From the NCBI GenBank assembly GCA_032718475.1, contig JAUCBJ010008753.1, positions 1 to 49,894 of the forward strand: DNA of 49,894 nucleotides, written 5' to 3'. The number at the start of each line of letters is the position of its first letter. The stretch's first letter is position 1. This document shows, piece by piece, positions 27,317 through 40,490 of the stretch. The notes under the pieces are model-generated. The model was not told where the DNA came from and ran no database searches. It was given only the letters and a program-made list of their open reading frames with translations. The position numbers were made by a program, and so were the translations under genes. Source of the DNA: Nemertoderma westbladi. Taxonomy: Eukaryota > Animalia > Xenacoelomorpha.

Positions 27317-28714
27317 GTTTCGTTGGTTAAGCCCAAACAATGGATAAACAACACTGCTATTAGGTTTGTACTTCATGTCTTACGCAGCGCAACGGACAGC
27401 ACGCGGATAGCTATACTGTACATCGACATCGGACCTCTCGCCTTTTGAGAGCTCTACTGTGGCGGGGCAGGAATAAAGGCTGTCGAACACGGGTGATTAA
27501 TTAGTTTTATATGTTACACACTTGGATACAGCTAACAAGTATTACTAACAACTACTCTTATACAAATTGTTAAATATTATTATAGATATTGTACATTATA
27601 AAACGATAATATTAATGAATTAATATGTAAACAAGTTCGTAATATAAATTAATTTTTCTAAATAATTTGGCTACAATAAGAATACATAATGGTGTCTTTT
27701 AATAGATCTAACTATAAACATTACCACATCTGGGTCAAGTGTGAGAAATGTGGGTCTTTATCTACATAATTGTGTCAATTTGACGTAGCCCCATCAATGT
27801 TTTATATTATTATATAGTTAGAGTAAAGTCCACTTCCAATGCATATAGTCATTAGAATTTATCGTATAAAGTACGTCTGTGATAAGCAACATAAATATAT
27901 CAACCGTATCTTATTTCAGATGTTGCTTTAGTATAGGCATACTTTTCTGATAGTAGATCTACTTATTGTGTATTTTTGCAGTGAAGTTTATAATATGGTG
28001 GAGTTCCCCCTCCCTTAATTGTGTCAACAGGAACATTACAGATATTGACAGTAGATAGTGTATACCGGTATAGCACCTGGCTGCTCCGGTTCCGTGTAAC
28101 GTGTGTTCCGTGTTCCGGCTCCGTGTAAAGAGGCTGTATAAATTTCGCAATGAACTTCCCTAAACATTTAAGTAAGACTCTTTAGAACTTGTTCACTCTT
28201 TGGAATTAGACATTCTTATGTCCTACTGAGGTGTTTGTGTTTCACGGTTACTTTACAAGTCAGATTGCATATCGCAGGCCAGATCTGTACTCGTTTTTTT
28301 TTAAACGAACCGGAAACGAATTATGTTTAAGGATGATGTATAAATTATTATTAGGCACAGTAACATCATTAGCATTGAGTAGAGGGTGGGTGAAACTGAT
28401 ACAAACCACATCTGTATGTATAGTTTGTGGTGGTTCAACTCAGATTAGCTCAGACATATAAGGACCTAGAGAAATTCATAATCCAAAAACAGGCCCCGAA
28501 AGCAATATAGTAATATAAAGTAATATAAGCTGGTGATGATTCATGATGCAGCTATAATGCAACTGCATTATATCTACATAGGAATGGTATGTCAGCTTGT
28601 TAACAAAATATCACCATCGATCAACCCATTACTCAGTCCCCATCACCACATTATCATCACCAAGGCTTAAGAGGCATATCAAGAACTCCTACCCACACCA
28701 TTTGTATTCTCTCC

Positions 28715-28815
28715 AAGGGGCAGCAAAGTACAAGATCGCTGCGAAAGAAATGTCCTGCAAAGCGGAGGCGACTCGGCTCCTCAGTTCCAATAGTCAAGCT
28801 TAAGGGACTAATGAG
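28715..28815 (-). mobile_element. RTE-like LINE remnant
   Basis: GCGAAAGAAATGTCCTGCAAAGCGGAGGCG is the reverse complement of the RLRFAGH segment near 26905. Confidence 0.65.
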
Positions 28816-29769
28816 ACACCATGCTGAAATGGTGAAATGGTCTGTTTGGAAATATGTGATAAAGTGTACGGCGAACCACGTGCAACGGGGTGGGTGGGGT
28901 GGCTTTGCTCTTGCGTTGACCAGCAGTGAACCATCGGTGTTGCTAAACTCCCAAAATAATCCAATAAAACCCCACAGAACTAAAAAGAATCTCGAACCAC
29001 CAAAAGCACCAAAAATAATGAACTATGCGTATGTAATGGAATATTTAGTGACGACTGAATGAGGTGTATATAGTAGTGTAAAAGCTTCTGCGAACGTATT
29101 AGGGCCTACTGATCTAGACAGCGCATGTGCCATTAGCCATTGTATTGTGGATTCCCCAGCTGTAGATCCTAGAATGATACCTGTAGTCATGGTTAGGAGT
29201 TTGGCAGATGATTGCTGTATGTAAGTATGCATATAGGCGAACTAATTTATGGTTAGAAAATCCCGCCTTTGTATCATGCTCCTCTTACTTTAAAACTTTC
29301 CTTTCAGGTAATCATACCACGCGTATTGTTTTGGTTAGAAAGTCCTGTCGCTGTAACCTGCCCCTTTCCTTCAATGGGTTATTTCGAATATATTGTTTCA
29401 CATAAAACCGCAACTCAGTTGCATATCATATCCTGGATACAATGATTTTTTCCATGCATCCATTCGTGTGAAAATAAAACTCATTCAAAATTCAAAAATG
29501 TTTCCAATTTGAGTGATATTTGCAAAAACAATAGGCAATCACAGGGACAGATCTATTATTATATCCACCTCCACCTGCCTACACCTGCATTCAAAAATTA
29601 TGTGCCATGGCACAATCTCTATAGTATCATCACATTCAGTACTGCATGACCTCTAGTCAATAATATTAGCCAATGAATGACCTCAATCATTGGTATCTCT
29701 GTAAACAAACACCATCATTTTTATCACGAATCATATAGAACAATAAAAAAGAGAAACCATTCAGCTGAA

Positions 29770-29842
29770 GCCGGAGGCGACCCAAAGGCTCCTCCTTCGA
29801 TAGCTGCTACACGAGTGTGGGGGTGGGCCCTACTCCTATCCC
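29770..29842 (-). mobile_element. Dispersed SINE-like fragment with a single unamplified 36-bp unit
   Basis: GAGGCGACCCAAAGGCTCCTCCTTCGATAG-CTGCTACACGAGTGTGGGGGTGGGCCCTACTCCTAT-CCC aligns with the left array flank, one unit and the right array end. Confidence 0.8.
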
Positions 29843-30439
29843 AAGGGCACGAATCTACAACCAATAGATTGCATAGGCCCCCACCACTCAACCCATATAG
29901 CTACCCCGCCTTTATAGAACAGTACAAATTTGGAAAACGTTTGTTTTTCGTAAGTTAAGTGTGTATTGAGTTTTCAAAATGTTGTCAATAATTTGCAATG
30001 GTAGCAAACATACAAATATTAAACAAATCTTAGAAGTCTTACATGCATGATCTATATTTATATTTATTTATATAATTTGTATTTATATTTATATATATAC
30101 ATGATTTATATCTGCAGATACATGATAAATTAATATAAACACCCTAGTACAATACGAAAAAAATGTACATAACATTTTCGCATTTACACAAATGATAAAC
30201 TTTCAACATCATTAAATATATATTATCCCACCCATCATGTCCTTAATAAATTCAAATAAATACTCCTGAGATGATAACAATAACAAGCCAGTGTAAAAAC
30301 CAGATATTGTATCAGCATTTCAGTACCGGTACCCTATTTCGGTAGACTAGATCTGATGTAGATGTGTGATGCATTTTGATAATTAAATTTGATAAATTTG
30401 AAAATATAACGACCTATTCTTTTTAAATAATGTACTTAA

Positions 30440-30838
30440 GGGGGGGGGGGGGGGGGGGGTACACCATTTTGGTCCAAAATATGTTGAAATTATTTTTATG
30501 ATCTTTTATAATACACGATTAAATGGTGTTTCCAAATCTGAAAACCGCTATTTAATAGCTCTTTTAGTTTTCAACTTATAACAATTTCCATTTAGCGAGA
30601 CCTATTGAAATTGCTATTAATATGTATAATGAAAGGTCGATTATCTCCAAATATTTTTTTTATGAAATTGTTAACTTCAAAACCCTACTACTTCTACAAT
30701 TTTTGAGCGAAAAATACAATTTTTCTAACCTGTCATTTAGAATAGAATCTTAGGTACCTATATTCCAAAATATAGCCAAAACCAAACAATTTTGAAACGT
30801 TGACACAACGCACCCCACCCCCCCCCCCCCCCCCCCCC
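30440..30838 (-). mobile_element. Kolobok-like non-autonomous element, inverted and internally deleted copy
   Basis: TTAA on both sides; poly-G/poly-C ends; reverse complement of both ends of 37207-37983. Confidence 0.8.
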
Positions 30839-31132
30839 TTAATCATATTAATTGGTATTACTTGTAGTGTAGGTTTCACAAATATATAGGACCTAACTGC
30901 CCTATATTGTTCATTGTCAGTTCTAGCACAGTATAAGTACACACACAAGAGCTAAACGAATCAAAGCGAAACACTATGGTGCCTACTACATAATTATGTT
31001 ACAACATATAAAAAAATGGACATTGAATGCTTTATATAGGCTGCATCGCAAATGCAAAAGCAGACGGTTGGGAATATACATAATTATATGATGTTAGACA
31101 ACCACGACTTTAGAGGGATTGTGATATTAATA

Positions 31133-31379
31133 TGAAAACAATATAATAGGAAATGGGGTCTTATTCCCTCAGATACTACCTAGCATTTAGGGCCACTTAG
31201 GCCACTGTTAGTACTCAGCACTAAGGCCTATTAAAAAATGAAATACCAAATCGATTGTAGTGCCCCAACCCATTTTTTAATGGGCCTTAGTGCCTGAGTA
31301 CTAACAGTGGCCCAAGTGGCCCTAAATGCTAGATAGTATCTGAGGGAATAAGACCCCATTTCCTATTTTATTGTTTTCA
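31133..31379. repeat. Long inverted repeat (arms ~108 bp, 30-bp spacer); foldback/MITE-like
   Basis: 31133-31240 is nearly the exact reverse complement of 31271-31379. Confidence 0.92.
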
Positions 31380-31693
31380 GGGAATAGGCTGGCTTACATT
31401 TATGTAATTGTAGCAGATGCATGTGCTTGTGGTTAAATTGTATACTAAGACTAACATTAAAAAAATTAAAAATACTAACAGTCAACTAGAGACTAAAGCA
31501 CACTAAGCTGGCATGGAAAGCACATCAGTTCATTTCATTTTCTTTACAAGACAAACAGTGCGAATAGTCATATAAACAACGACAAAATATCAATTATGCC
31601 CTGTCAATCCCACCCCACTGCAATTATTGGTTCTTAATTGAAACCTTTAGAAATAATTTGCATAGATCATTTAAATTGCCTCAAACAATTTTC

Positions 31694-33319
31694 TCATGCA
31701 TGTGTTTCTGCGTTTATAGAACCCCTCCCAGATGACATATCCGCGGTGTACATATCGTACAGAATCGAGACCAACTCACTGACAATAACATCGTTGCTGT
31801 TCTGACTAACCATCCTTAACGTGAATATACCGTCATTCCGAAGATGATGGTTGATAAAATTACTTATCATTTTTTTGTCTCTTTTCATCCCCATTTTGGG
31901 TTGCTGATGGAGAAGCTTCAAGACATAACTATAGCGATTCCCCAAACAAAGCATCTTCCAAATCCAACTGATAAGACTGCGGAAGGTAACCAGGGAAACA
32001 AACAACAACCAGAACCATATGAACAAGTAAATCTTCTCGTTGAATAGGTTGATAGGAAGAACACATTGTACGGAACGAGGTTGCACGTTCCACATCTGTA
32101 CGATACGATAATCGCAAAAGGTTACCCTAGGGAAGCGATAAGAGGCTACCCAATCCTTGCCCTGCACCAGATGCTGCACCACTTCCACCCCGTACACCGT
32201 GTAATCAGTGCCAAGAAACTCATTGAGAAGAAAAAGCTGCCCAATCGAATTGGCCAAATAGAACAACTTGGTTAGAAGGTAGACTGGGACCAGGTAGTTC
32301 CCGAAGCTTCGTTTACAGATGCAGAAGAAAAACTTGTTGGCACACCAGTCTCGGCATGAACTCAATACGCGCGATTGTGATCCAACACGGTTACGATTAA
32401 GACAGTTGTTGAGATGCTTGGCCAGGTAGGTTAGCAGCCGCTTACGGTCTTCTGGTGATTTGAATTGAACATCAGCTGCCATTGAGACCATTTTGGTGAG
32501 ATTTATCCCGGATTTGGTATTGGCCATCCTCCAGAACATGCAAGGTATTAGGAACATGAGGGATTGAAGCAGAAGCATCGGTGCCACCCACTGGTAGTAG
32601 GTGAGTTCTTCTTCTCTTCTAATTTCTTTGTCCTGAATTGGCATCAAAACGTCGGAATCTTCAGGTATGGCCACTCTATATGTGTTCTTGATCCAGCAGT
32701 AGTTGTTGACATACTCCTGCCAGCCCCCTGAGTATTCGTGTGGCACCCAACAAACTATAGGGGTTCCTAAGGAAAATAATGACTGGTGAGTTTATTTATT
32801 TCAAGTGGTAAATAAAAAATGAAATAAGGTATTTAGCGGAACACAATCTACTTGTAGTGGTTACCTCACCCACATCTTTAACACAAACAAAACAACAAAC
32901 AAAAGATTTAATAGGAAATCACCATCAGACATGACTAGTTCACAACCAACCATAAACCCAATAAACATTAATGTCAGTAAAACCTGTAATTATATTTAAA
33001 ACAATGCATCTAAATGGTAGAGCAAAGATATTTCCTCACACATACTGCTTGTTTTTACGAATGATTTCTAATGCGGCATTATTCTTTAGGACGTTGAGAA
33101 ATCTTTGAAATGTGAATCGGTTCCGAATAATTGATCTGACCTTTTATCTTCCATCACTCTATTTTTCTTACCTGTCAACTGTTTCACACTGACAATAATA
33201 ACAAAAGCGACAAGGATGGAGGCGCTGTACATGTAGTTAAGACGATCAGCCATGTCGTCATCTTGCTTCCTTCGCATGTGCAGGAGACGAGCTCCTCCGA
33301 ATATGAGTTTATCGAACAT
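31694..33319 (-). CDS. inx: Innexin, 2 coding exons (33319-33172, 32766-31694), 406 aa
   Basis: Motifs DDDMADRLNY, GTPIVCWVP, NNYCWIKNTY, YYQW, FPRVTFCD, QCVLPINLFNEKIY; four hydrophobic segments; phase-1 intron CAG|GTAAGA...ttttccttag|GA. Confidence 0.97.
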
Positions 33320-34470
33320 ATTGAAACTCTACTGAGGCTCTTGTTGGAAAACAATTTGCAACATGTAACGCCTTAAATCAGATCCTTAAAGCATATCTTA
33401 AAGCAGAAATTGTATTTTTTAAAGTATTTTAAAAATATTTATCATTTTAATTACTATTGGGTAATAGAATGTATAATAAAATGAGATATTCTTAAGACAT
33501 AATGTCTGAAGTAATATCCATTGTTTCAACGAGGTAACTCATTTGGCATTGCTGGAGACAATTCCTACCACACCATATGAGTTTGTTCCTGGATAGAGTT
33601 AACCTTGACTTATTGTCTTTAAGTTAGCAAATTAATTGTCTTGGACCAAGCCAAGAACGTCAACATACGTACCGCTATAGACTATATACTACTAATTATA
33701 TAATTTGATAATTTTCCAAGGTTGTGAATCTGCTCATTCTTTTTGTGTGATTAATTACGATTGCTAATAATTATTGTCTTTGTCGGTTTGAACATTGCTG
33801 TAGATGGAAATAATAGTCAAAAATATTTCCACATCCCACACACAAGTATGAGTGGTACATTATTGTGTATAATATGTACAGGAGTGCGTGCCAGTAATTC
33901 GCGTCGGTACACACACACAAGTTGGTAAGTTGACAGACCTTGGTGCATTTATGAAATGATCAATCTGTTTGAATGTAACTTAAAAATGAAACAAGATAAT
34001 TTTAACTAATTAATTTAGGGTGTAAACGCTACGTCGACAGCCGAAAGCCGTTATAAACTTCAAAGGAAAGGATAAGGATACAGTGATGGCAGGTTATCAT
34101 TACGGTAGTCGGGTAGTCCCCCCGTTAAAATTAACATTTTTATAACGCATTCGTGAAATATAGTGCCTTAATTGCGGTACTTTAGATTGCAAAAAATTGG
34201 TATCAGTTATAGTTTGAACAACGATTAAAATAGTATAAATTGTTCGTCGAAAGTACTCTTGTGACTTAGTGGCTCGTTGGTACTAATGGAATCTTGGCCT
34301 GCAAGTGAGATAACAGCGTTCTAGAGTTGCATAATTTTACACATGTAGTCCATTTATTTAATGAATCCACCACCTGGAATATAATTATTCCACTACTAAT
34401 CCAATGCGTGGATAGCCTACCTGTACCACATTAATTTTCATCACATTCATTAATAAAAATCAAAAGTGAT

Positions 34471-36753
34471 CCCTAGTGATCTAAAGAACTGAGACCCCGT
34501 ATGTCGTCCCCTAGTGATCTAAAGAACTGAGACCCCGTATGCCGTCCCCTAGTGATCTAAAGAACTGAGACCCCGTAGGCCGTCCCCTAGTGATCTAAAG
34601 AACTGAGACCCCGTAGGCCGTCCCCTAGTGATCTAAAGAACTGAGACCCCGTATATCGTCCCCTAGTGATTTAAATAACTGAGACCCCGTATGTCGTCCC
34701 CTGGTGATCTAAAGAACTGAGACCCCGTATGCCGTCCCCTAGTGATCTAAAGAACTGAGACCCCGTAGGCCGTCCCCTAGTGATCTAAAGAACTGAGACC
34801 CCGTATGTCGTCCCCTAGTGATCTAAATAACTGAGACCCCGTATGTCGTCCCCTAGTGATCTAAAGAACTGAGACCCCGTAGGCCTCCCCCTAGTGATCT
34901 AAATAACTGAGACCCCGTATGTCGTCCCCTAGTGATCTAAATAACTGAGACACCGTATCTCGTCCCCTAGTGATCTAAATAACTGAGACCCCGTATGTCG
35001 TCCCCTAGTGATCTAAAGAACTGAGACCCCGTATGTCGTCCCCTAGTGATCTAAAGAACTGAGACCCCGTATGTCGTCCCCTAGTGATCTAAATAACTGA
35101 GACACCGTATCTCGTCCCCTCAAGTGATCTAAATAACTGAGACCCCGTATGTCGTCCCCTAGTGATCTAAAGAACTGAGACCCCGTATGTCGTCCCCTAG
35201 TGATCTAAATAACTGAGACCCCGTATGTCGTCCCCTAGTGATCTAAATAACTGAGACCCCGTATGTCGTCCCCTAGTGATCTAAAGAACTGAGACCCCGT
35301 ATGCCGTCCCCTAGTGATCTAAAGAACTGAGACCCCGTATGTCGTCCCCTAGTGATCTAAAGAACTGAGACCCCGTATGTCGTCCCCTAGTGATCTAAAT
35401 AACTGAGACCCCGTAGGCCGTCCCCTAGTGATCTAAAGAACTGAGACCCCGTATGTCGTCCCCTAGTAATCTAAAGAACTGAGACCCCGTATGTCGTCCC
35501 CTAGTGATCTAAATAACTGAGACACCGTATCTCGTCCCCTCAAGTGATCTAAATAACTGAGACCCCGTATGTCGTCCCCTAGTGATCTAAAGAACTGAGA
35601 CCCCGTATGTCGTCCCCTAGTGATCTAAATAACTGAGACACCGTATCTCGTCCCCTAATGATCTAAATAACTGAGACCCCGTATCTCGTCCCCTAGTGAT
35701 CTAAATAACTGAGACCCCGTATGTCGTCCCCTAGTGATCTAAAGAACTGAGACCCCGTATGTCGTCCCCTAGTGATCTAAAGAACTGAGACCCCGTATGC
35801 CGTCCCCTAGTGATCTAAATAACTGAGACACCGTATCTCGTCCCCTAGTGATCTAAATAACTGAGACCCCGTATGCCGTCCCCTAGTGATCTAAAGAACT
35901 GAGACCCCGTAGGCCGTCCCCTAGTGATCTAAATAACTGAGACCCCGTATGTCGTCCCCTAGTGATCTAAATAACTGAGACACCGTATCTCGTCCCCTAG
36001 TGATCTAAATAACTGAGACCCCGTATGTCGTCCCCTAGTGATCTAAAGAACTGAGACCCCGTATGTCGTCCCCTAGTGATCTAGAGAACTGAGACCCCGT
36101 ATGTCGTCCCCTAGTGATCTAAATAACTGAGACACCGTATCTCGTCCCCTCAAGTGATCTAAATAACTGAGACCCCGTATGTCGTCCCCTAGTGATCTAA
36201 AGAACTGAGACCCCGTATGTCGTCCCCTAGTGATCTAAATAACTGAGACCCCGTATGTCGTCCCCTAGTGATCTAAATAACTGAGACACCGTATCTCGTC
36301 CCCTAGTGATCTAAAAAACTGAGACCCCGTATCTCGTCCCCTAGTGATCTAAATAACTGAGACCCCGTATGTCGTCCCCTAGTGATCTAAAGAACTGAGA
36401 CCCCGTATGTCGGCCCCTAGTGATCTAAAGAACTGAGACCCCGTATGCCGTCCCCTAGTGATCTAAATAACTGAGACACCGTATCTCGTCCCCTAGTGAT
36501 CTAAATAACTGAGACCCCGTATGCCGTCCCCTAGTGATCTAAAGAACTGAGACCCCGTAGGCCGTCCCCTAGTGATCTAAATAACTGAGACCCCGTATGT
36601 CGTCCCCTAGTGATCTAAATAACTGAGACCCCGTATGTCGTCCCCTAGTGATCTAAAGAACTGAGACCCCGTATGTCGTCCCCTAGTGATCTAAAGAACT
36701 GAGACCCCGTATGCCGTCCCCTAGTGATCTAAATAACTGAGACCCCGTATGCC
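34471..36753. repeat. 38-bp minisatellite CCCTAGTGATCTAAA(G/T)AACTGAGACCCCGTATGTCGTC, ~60 copies
   Basis: Period 38 read directly; highly homogeneous. Confidence 0.98.
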
Positions 36754-36820
36754 AAGGTGCAATGGATCCCTGATATTTATTGAAGTTTCTTAAATTTCCC
36801 TCCCGTGGTTTATTTTTTAA

Positions 36821-37081
36821 GTTTTTTACCGAAAACATATGTTTTTTACCGAAAACATATGTTTTTTACCGAAAACATATGTTTTTTTACCGAAAACATA
36901 TGTTTTTTACCGAAAACATATGTTTTTACCGAAAAGGCGAAAACATATGTTTTTTACCGAAAAAATATGTTTTTTTACCGAAAACATGTTTTTTTTACCG
37001 AAAACATATTTTTTTTACCGAAAACATATGTTTTTTGCCGATAACATATGTTTTTTTACCGAAAACATTTGTTTTTTACCC
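36821..37081. repeat. ~20-bp repeat TTTTTTACCGAAAACATATG, ~13 copies
   Basis: Read directly; T-run length varies between units. Confidence 0.95.
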
Positions 37082-37206
37082 AGTTGCGAAGTACTGAGTC
37101 AATTGGACGATCTGTTGTATATTGCGAAAGTTAGTTACTTGTTTTATATTTTTTTCATAAAATTACATAAAAATAGTTAACTTTAACTTTTAAGAGTTAA
37201 CTTTAA

Positions 37207-37983
37207 GGGGGAGGGGGGGGGGGGGGGGGGGGTACACCATTTTCGGACAACTCTTCGATTTATCACTCTCACCGTTTCAAAATTGTTTGGTTTTGGCTAA
37301 AATTTTGAATATAGGTGCCTAAGATGCTATTCTACATGACAGGTCAGAAAAATTTCGCTACTTAATATTAGTTAATACTAGTTAACAATAAAAAAAAACT
37401 TGGTTGCGCTTAAAACCCTAAGGCTTTTACAGTTTTGAATCTAATCACATGAAAGTTTTTTTATATGATAGATCAAAGATGGGGCAAGATAACAACTACC
37501 TGACGAAATTTTGTAAAAATAATTCTGCACCGCTAGGTGGCGCTGCAAATTTATGCTAAATTTGTAGGTTTGTTATAAATATTATTACATTTTATTAACA
37601 AAAAATTTCGACAAGTTTTCTAATATTTTACTACTATATAATACTATAATAACTTTAATACTTTTATGCAGGGTGGCTATCTAGACACCCACAGAAAGTT
37701 TCAGACTAATTGCTCAAAAATTGTAGAAGTAGTAGGGTTTTGAAGTTGACAATTTCATAAAAAAATATTTGGAGATAATCGACCTTTCATTATACATAGT
37801 AATAGTAATTTCAATAGGAATCCCTAAATGGAAATTGTTATAACTTGAAAACTAAAAGAGATATTAAATAGCGGTTTTCCGATTTGGAAACACCATTCAA
37901 TGGTACATTATAATAGACCATAAAACAAATTCGACATATTTTGGACCAAAATGGTGTACCCACCCCCCCCCCCCCGCCCCCCC
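37207..37983 (+). mobile_element. Kolobok-like non-autonomous DNA transposon, longest copy (777 bp)
   Basis: TTAA on both sides; TIR (G)n-TACACCATTTT ... AAAATGGTGTA-(C)n; RR..YY termini with TTAA fit Kolobok rather than piggyBac. Confidence 0.8.
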
Positions 37984-38132
37984 TTAAATGGCATTCACAA
38001 TAATTATTAAGGAAAAGTCATTTATTTAGTGAGGCTATATATTTATATTATATTATATCAATATTTTTAAACAATCAATCAATTAAACAATTCAACAAAC
38101 AATTCCTTACATGGCTGTTCATTTTTTTACTA

Positions 38133-39335
38133 TTAATGATCATTATAATTAGCAAACAGACATTCAGGTCTATTTATAGAATCCGGTTGAGTATCAGGAT
38201 AACATGCAGACCATTGATGGATACTGGGACACGATTTAAAGGTCACGGGGTCAATTATATTGGATTCGTAATTGGTTGTTACCAAAGGAGGTATAAGATC
38301 ATTAATCCCGGCAATGCAAGTCCATCCTTTATCATCTGACCGTATTCGATTGTTGTACTCGTTAGGTCTTTGGTTGCGACTCGACTCTATAATATTGTTA
38401 TACTTTCTGTTTCCACTGTTTCGTAGTCTTTTTGTAACGGTGGGTTCTCCAATAATATTCGATTCTTCGTTGTTTGGGGGGTGCGGAATATTGATTTCAC
38501 CTTGATGTATTCTGGGTTGATGCGTCGGTTCCTTTTAGACAAATCGGTCTGCCGTACATTTTGTTCGTTTACTATTTATAATATGAACTAGGTGATGTAT
38601 AATGGAGAAGTTTATAGGATTACAGAACCAGTTAGACATACATGATCTGTGCGAACTGCCGTGCAATGCCAGACTAATAATATAAATAATAAACTTTTTT
38701 TATGCCTAAGCCTATCTATTAGAGTTAGTTTTCATATAAAGTGAAAATAGTCAGTTGTAATATAAAGTGATACATTACGTAGATAAATATTAATGTTCTA
38801 TTATTTTAATGAATAATAATAAAAAATATAATTATTTATTATTTGAGACAATATTTAATATTGGGGGAAAAGTATTAGATTTTGGAAAATTTAGGAAGAA
38901 TATGTTTATGTATATCTTTAAGGATGCAGTTTATATTTCAGGACGAAAAATGTTACTACTAATTGTATGTCCACTGTTGGAATTTAATTTCAGAATTTAT
39001 ATATTTTTCATAGCATCTAAGAAACACATTTATAAATGTAAGTATGTGCGGCAGACCTTAACCAATCCTTGTCCATCAGAATGTGACGTCATACATTGGA
39101 CTTTATCCACAACTTGCCCATCTGTTTGACACTTCCCTTTCGTGCGGAGCGCCTCGTTGTGAAAACGTTTTCCAAGCTGTTTTTCCAGGAACTTTCGATG
39201 ATTGACTTTTCGCTTTTCTGATCTTCTGAAATTCTTTGGCTTCTCAAGAGTTTGCAACATATCAAAAGAATTTGTGTTGATGAAAGAAATAAGATCTGTG
39301 GAAATCTGTCGCGAAGATGACAAATGATAATTCAT
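38133..39335 (-). CDS. FAM181-family-like protein; predicted exons 39335-39057 and 38531-38133 (~225 aa)
   Basis: [36 protein letters not shown] resembles the FAM181B N-terminal motif ([34 protein letters not shown], recalled). Exon 2 is a stop-free 132-codon frame missing from the track; phase-0 donor AAG|GT; AATAAA near 38021. Splice sites are tentative. Confidence 0.72.
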
Positions 39336-39695
39336 TTTGTCCAACTAATTCCAGGTTTTGAATTACTCCATATAATACATGACAAAACGATATACCAATA
39401 ATTTTGAAAATAAAACGTAAAAAAATTCGTGTTAACGTTTCGTGGTGGATTTTATTGACTTTTTTTGGAGTTAAAATTGTTTGGGTTGGTGACAGTTGTA
39501 GTTCTTTGTCAATTCGAAATAATTATCTTATTAAATTAATAAATAATTATCTGATTAAATATATTCCATTTAAATTTGTCTTGAGTATTTACGAGTGCGT
39601 GGCATCACTATCAATATAACACGAAATTTTATTCTTACTACATTGTAAGAAATTCCTTTACTTCAGTACTTATAGATTATGGGACTCGCATATAG

Positions 39696-39703
39696 TTTAT
39701 ATA
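39696..39703 (-). promoter_or_regulatory. Candidate TATA box (TATATAAA) of the FAM181-like gene
   Basis: Consensus TATA ~360 bp upstream of the ATG. Confidence 0.35.
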
Positions 39704-40490
39704 CCGGCTCCGTGGCGAACTTGATTTATTTGACTCAATTACTGTCACTAATTATTTGTGGTAGCGAGCTGCTACCTTAGTAAGTGTCCATAATGAGACA
39801 ACTGAGAGGCAGTGCTGTGAAATAGGAAATCAGAGGGGGGCAAAATACGAAAGGAACACGCGCTCGCAGGCAGGAAGAGGATTACATTACTACCATAACA
39901 ACGCACCATTTGGTAAAAAACAGACAACACATACAGAATATACGCCTCGCATATGCATTCACCTCCTACATGTACTAAACATCTCGTAAAACCTCCGTAT
40001 TTATATGCCATTCATGTGCACCTGACTTGATGATAGAACATTATTATCAGCTTGTCCAGAGTTTGAGTAGAATGGGTAATTAGGTGCAGAATTTCGATGA
40101 GAAACATGTATTTTTTCTTTTCAATAGTATATACATTTTATTTATTATGTTGCCTTTAATTCACATTTCTTCGGAGGCCAAGGGTTCAATCCCTGCATGG
40201 TGGATAAGGTAGTTTTCGTTTCGGCACGAATGATGTAAATCGACTAACAAGGGCGCATCTATGCCTTGCATACTTAGATCCGTTTCAGCCAATCCCTATT
40301 TTCCCCTGGCCCCATGCTAGCTTCCCCCTGAGATGTGCTGATGTGTTGGCATCTCTCTCTAGCTGGCAGTGTATATTGCCTCGGTGCCTTTAGTATGCAC
40401 TATTATATTAGAAATATTGCATGTCTAATCGTGATTCGTAAATCACGACTTTCCCCATTCTCCGCTGGGTGGTGCAGCGAATTGGATCCG

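Noticed and set aside
36780-37180. FTENIC / LPKTYV ORFs
   Set aside because: Translations of the 20-bp repeat in all three frames.
40170-40215. tRNA-derived SINE head (GGTTCAATCCC)
   Set aside because: Isolated B-box-like motif without an A box or recognisable body.
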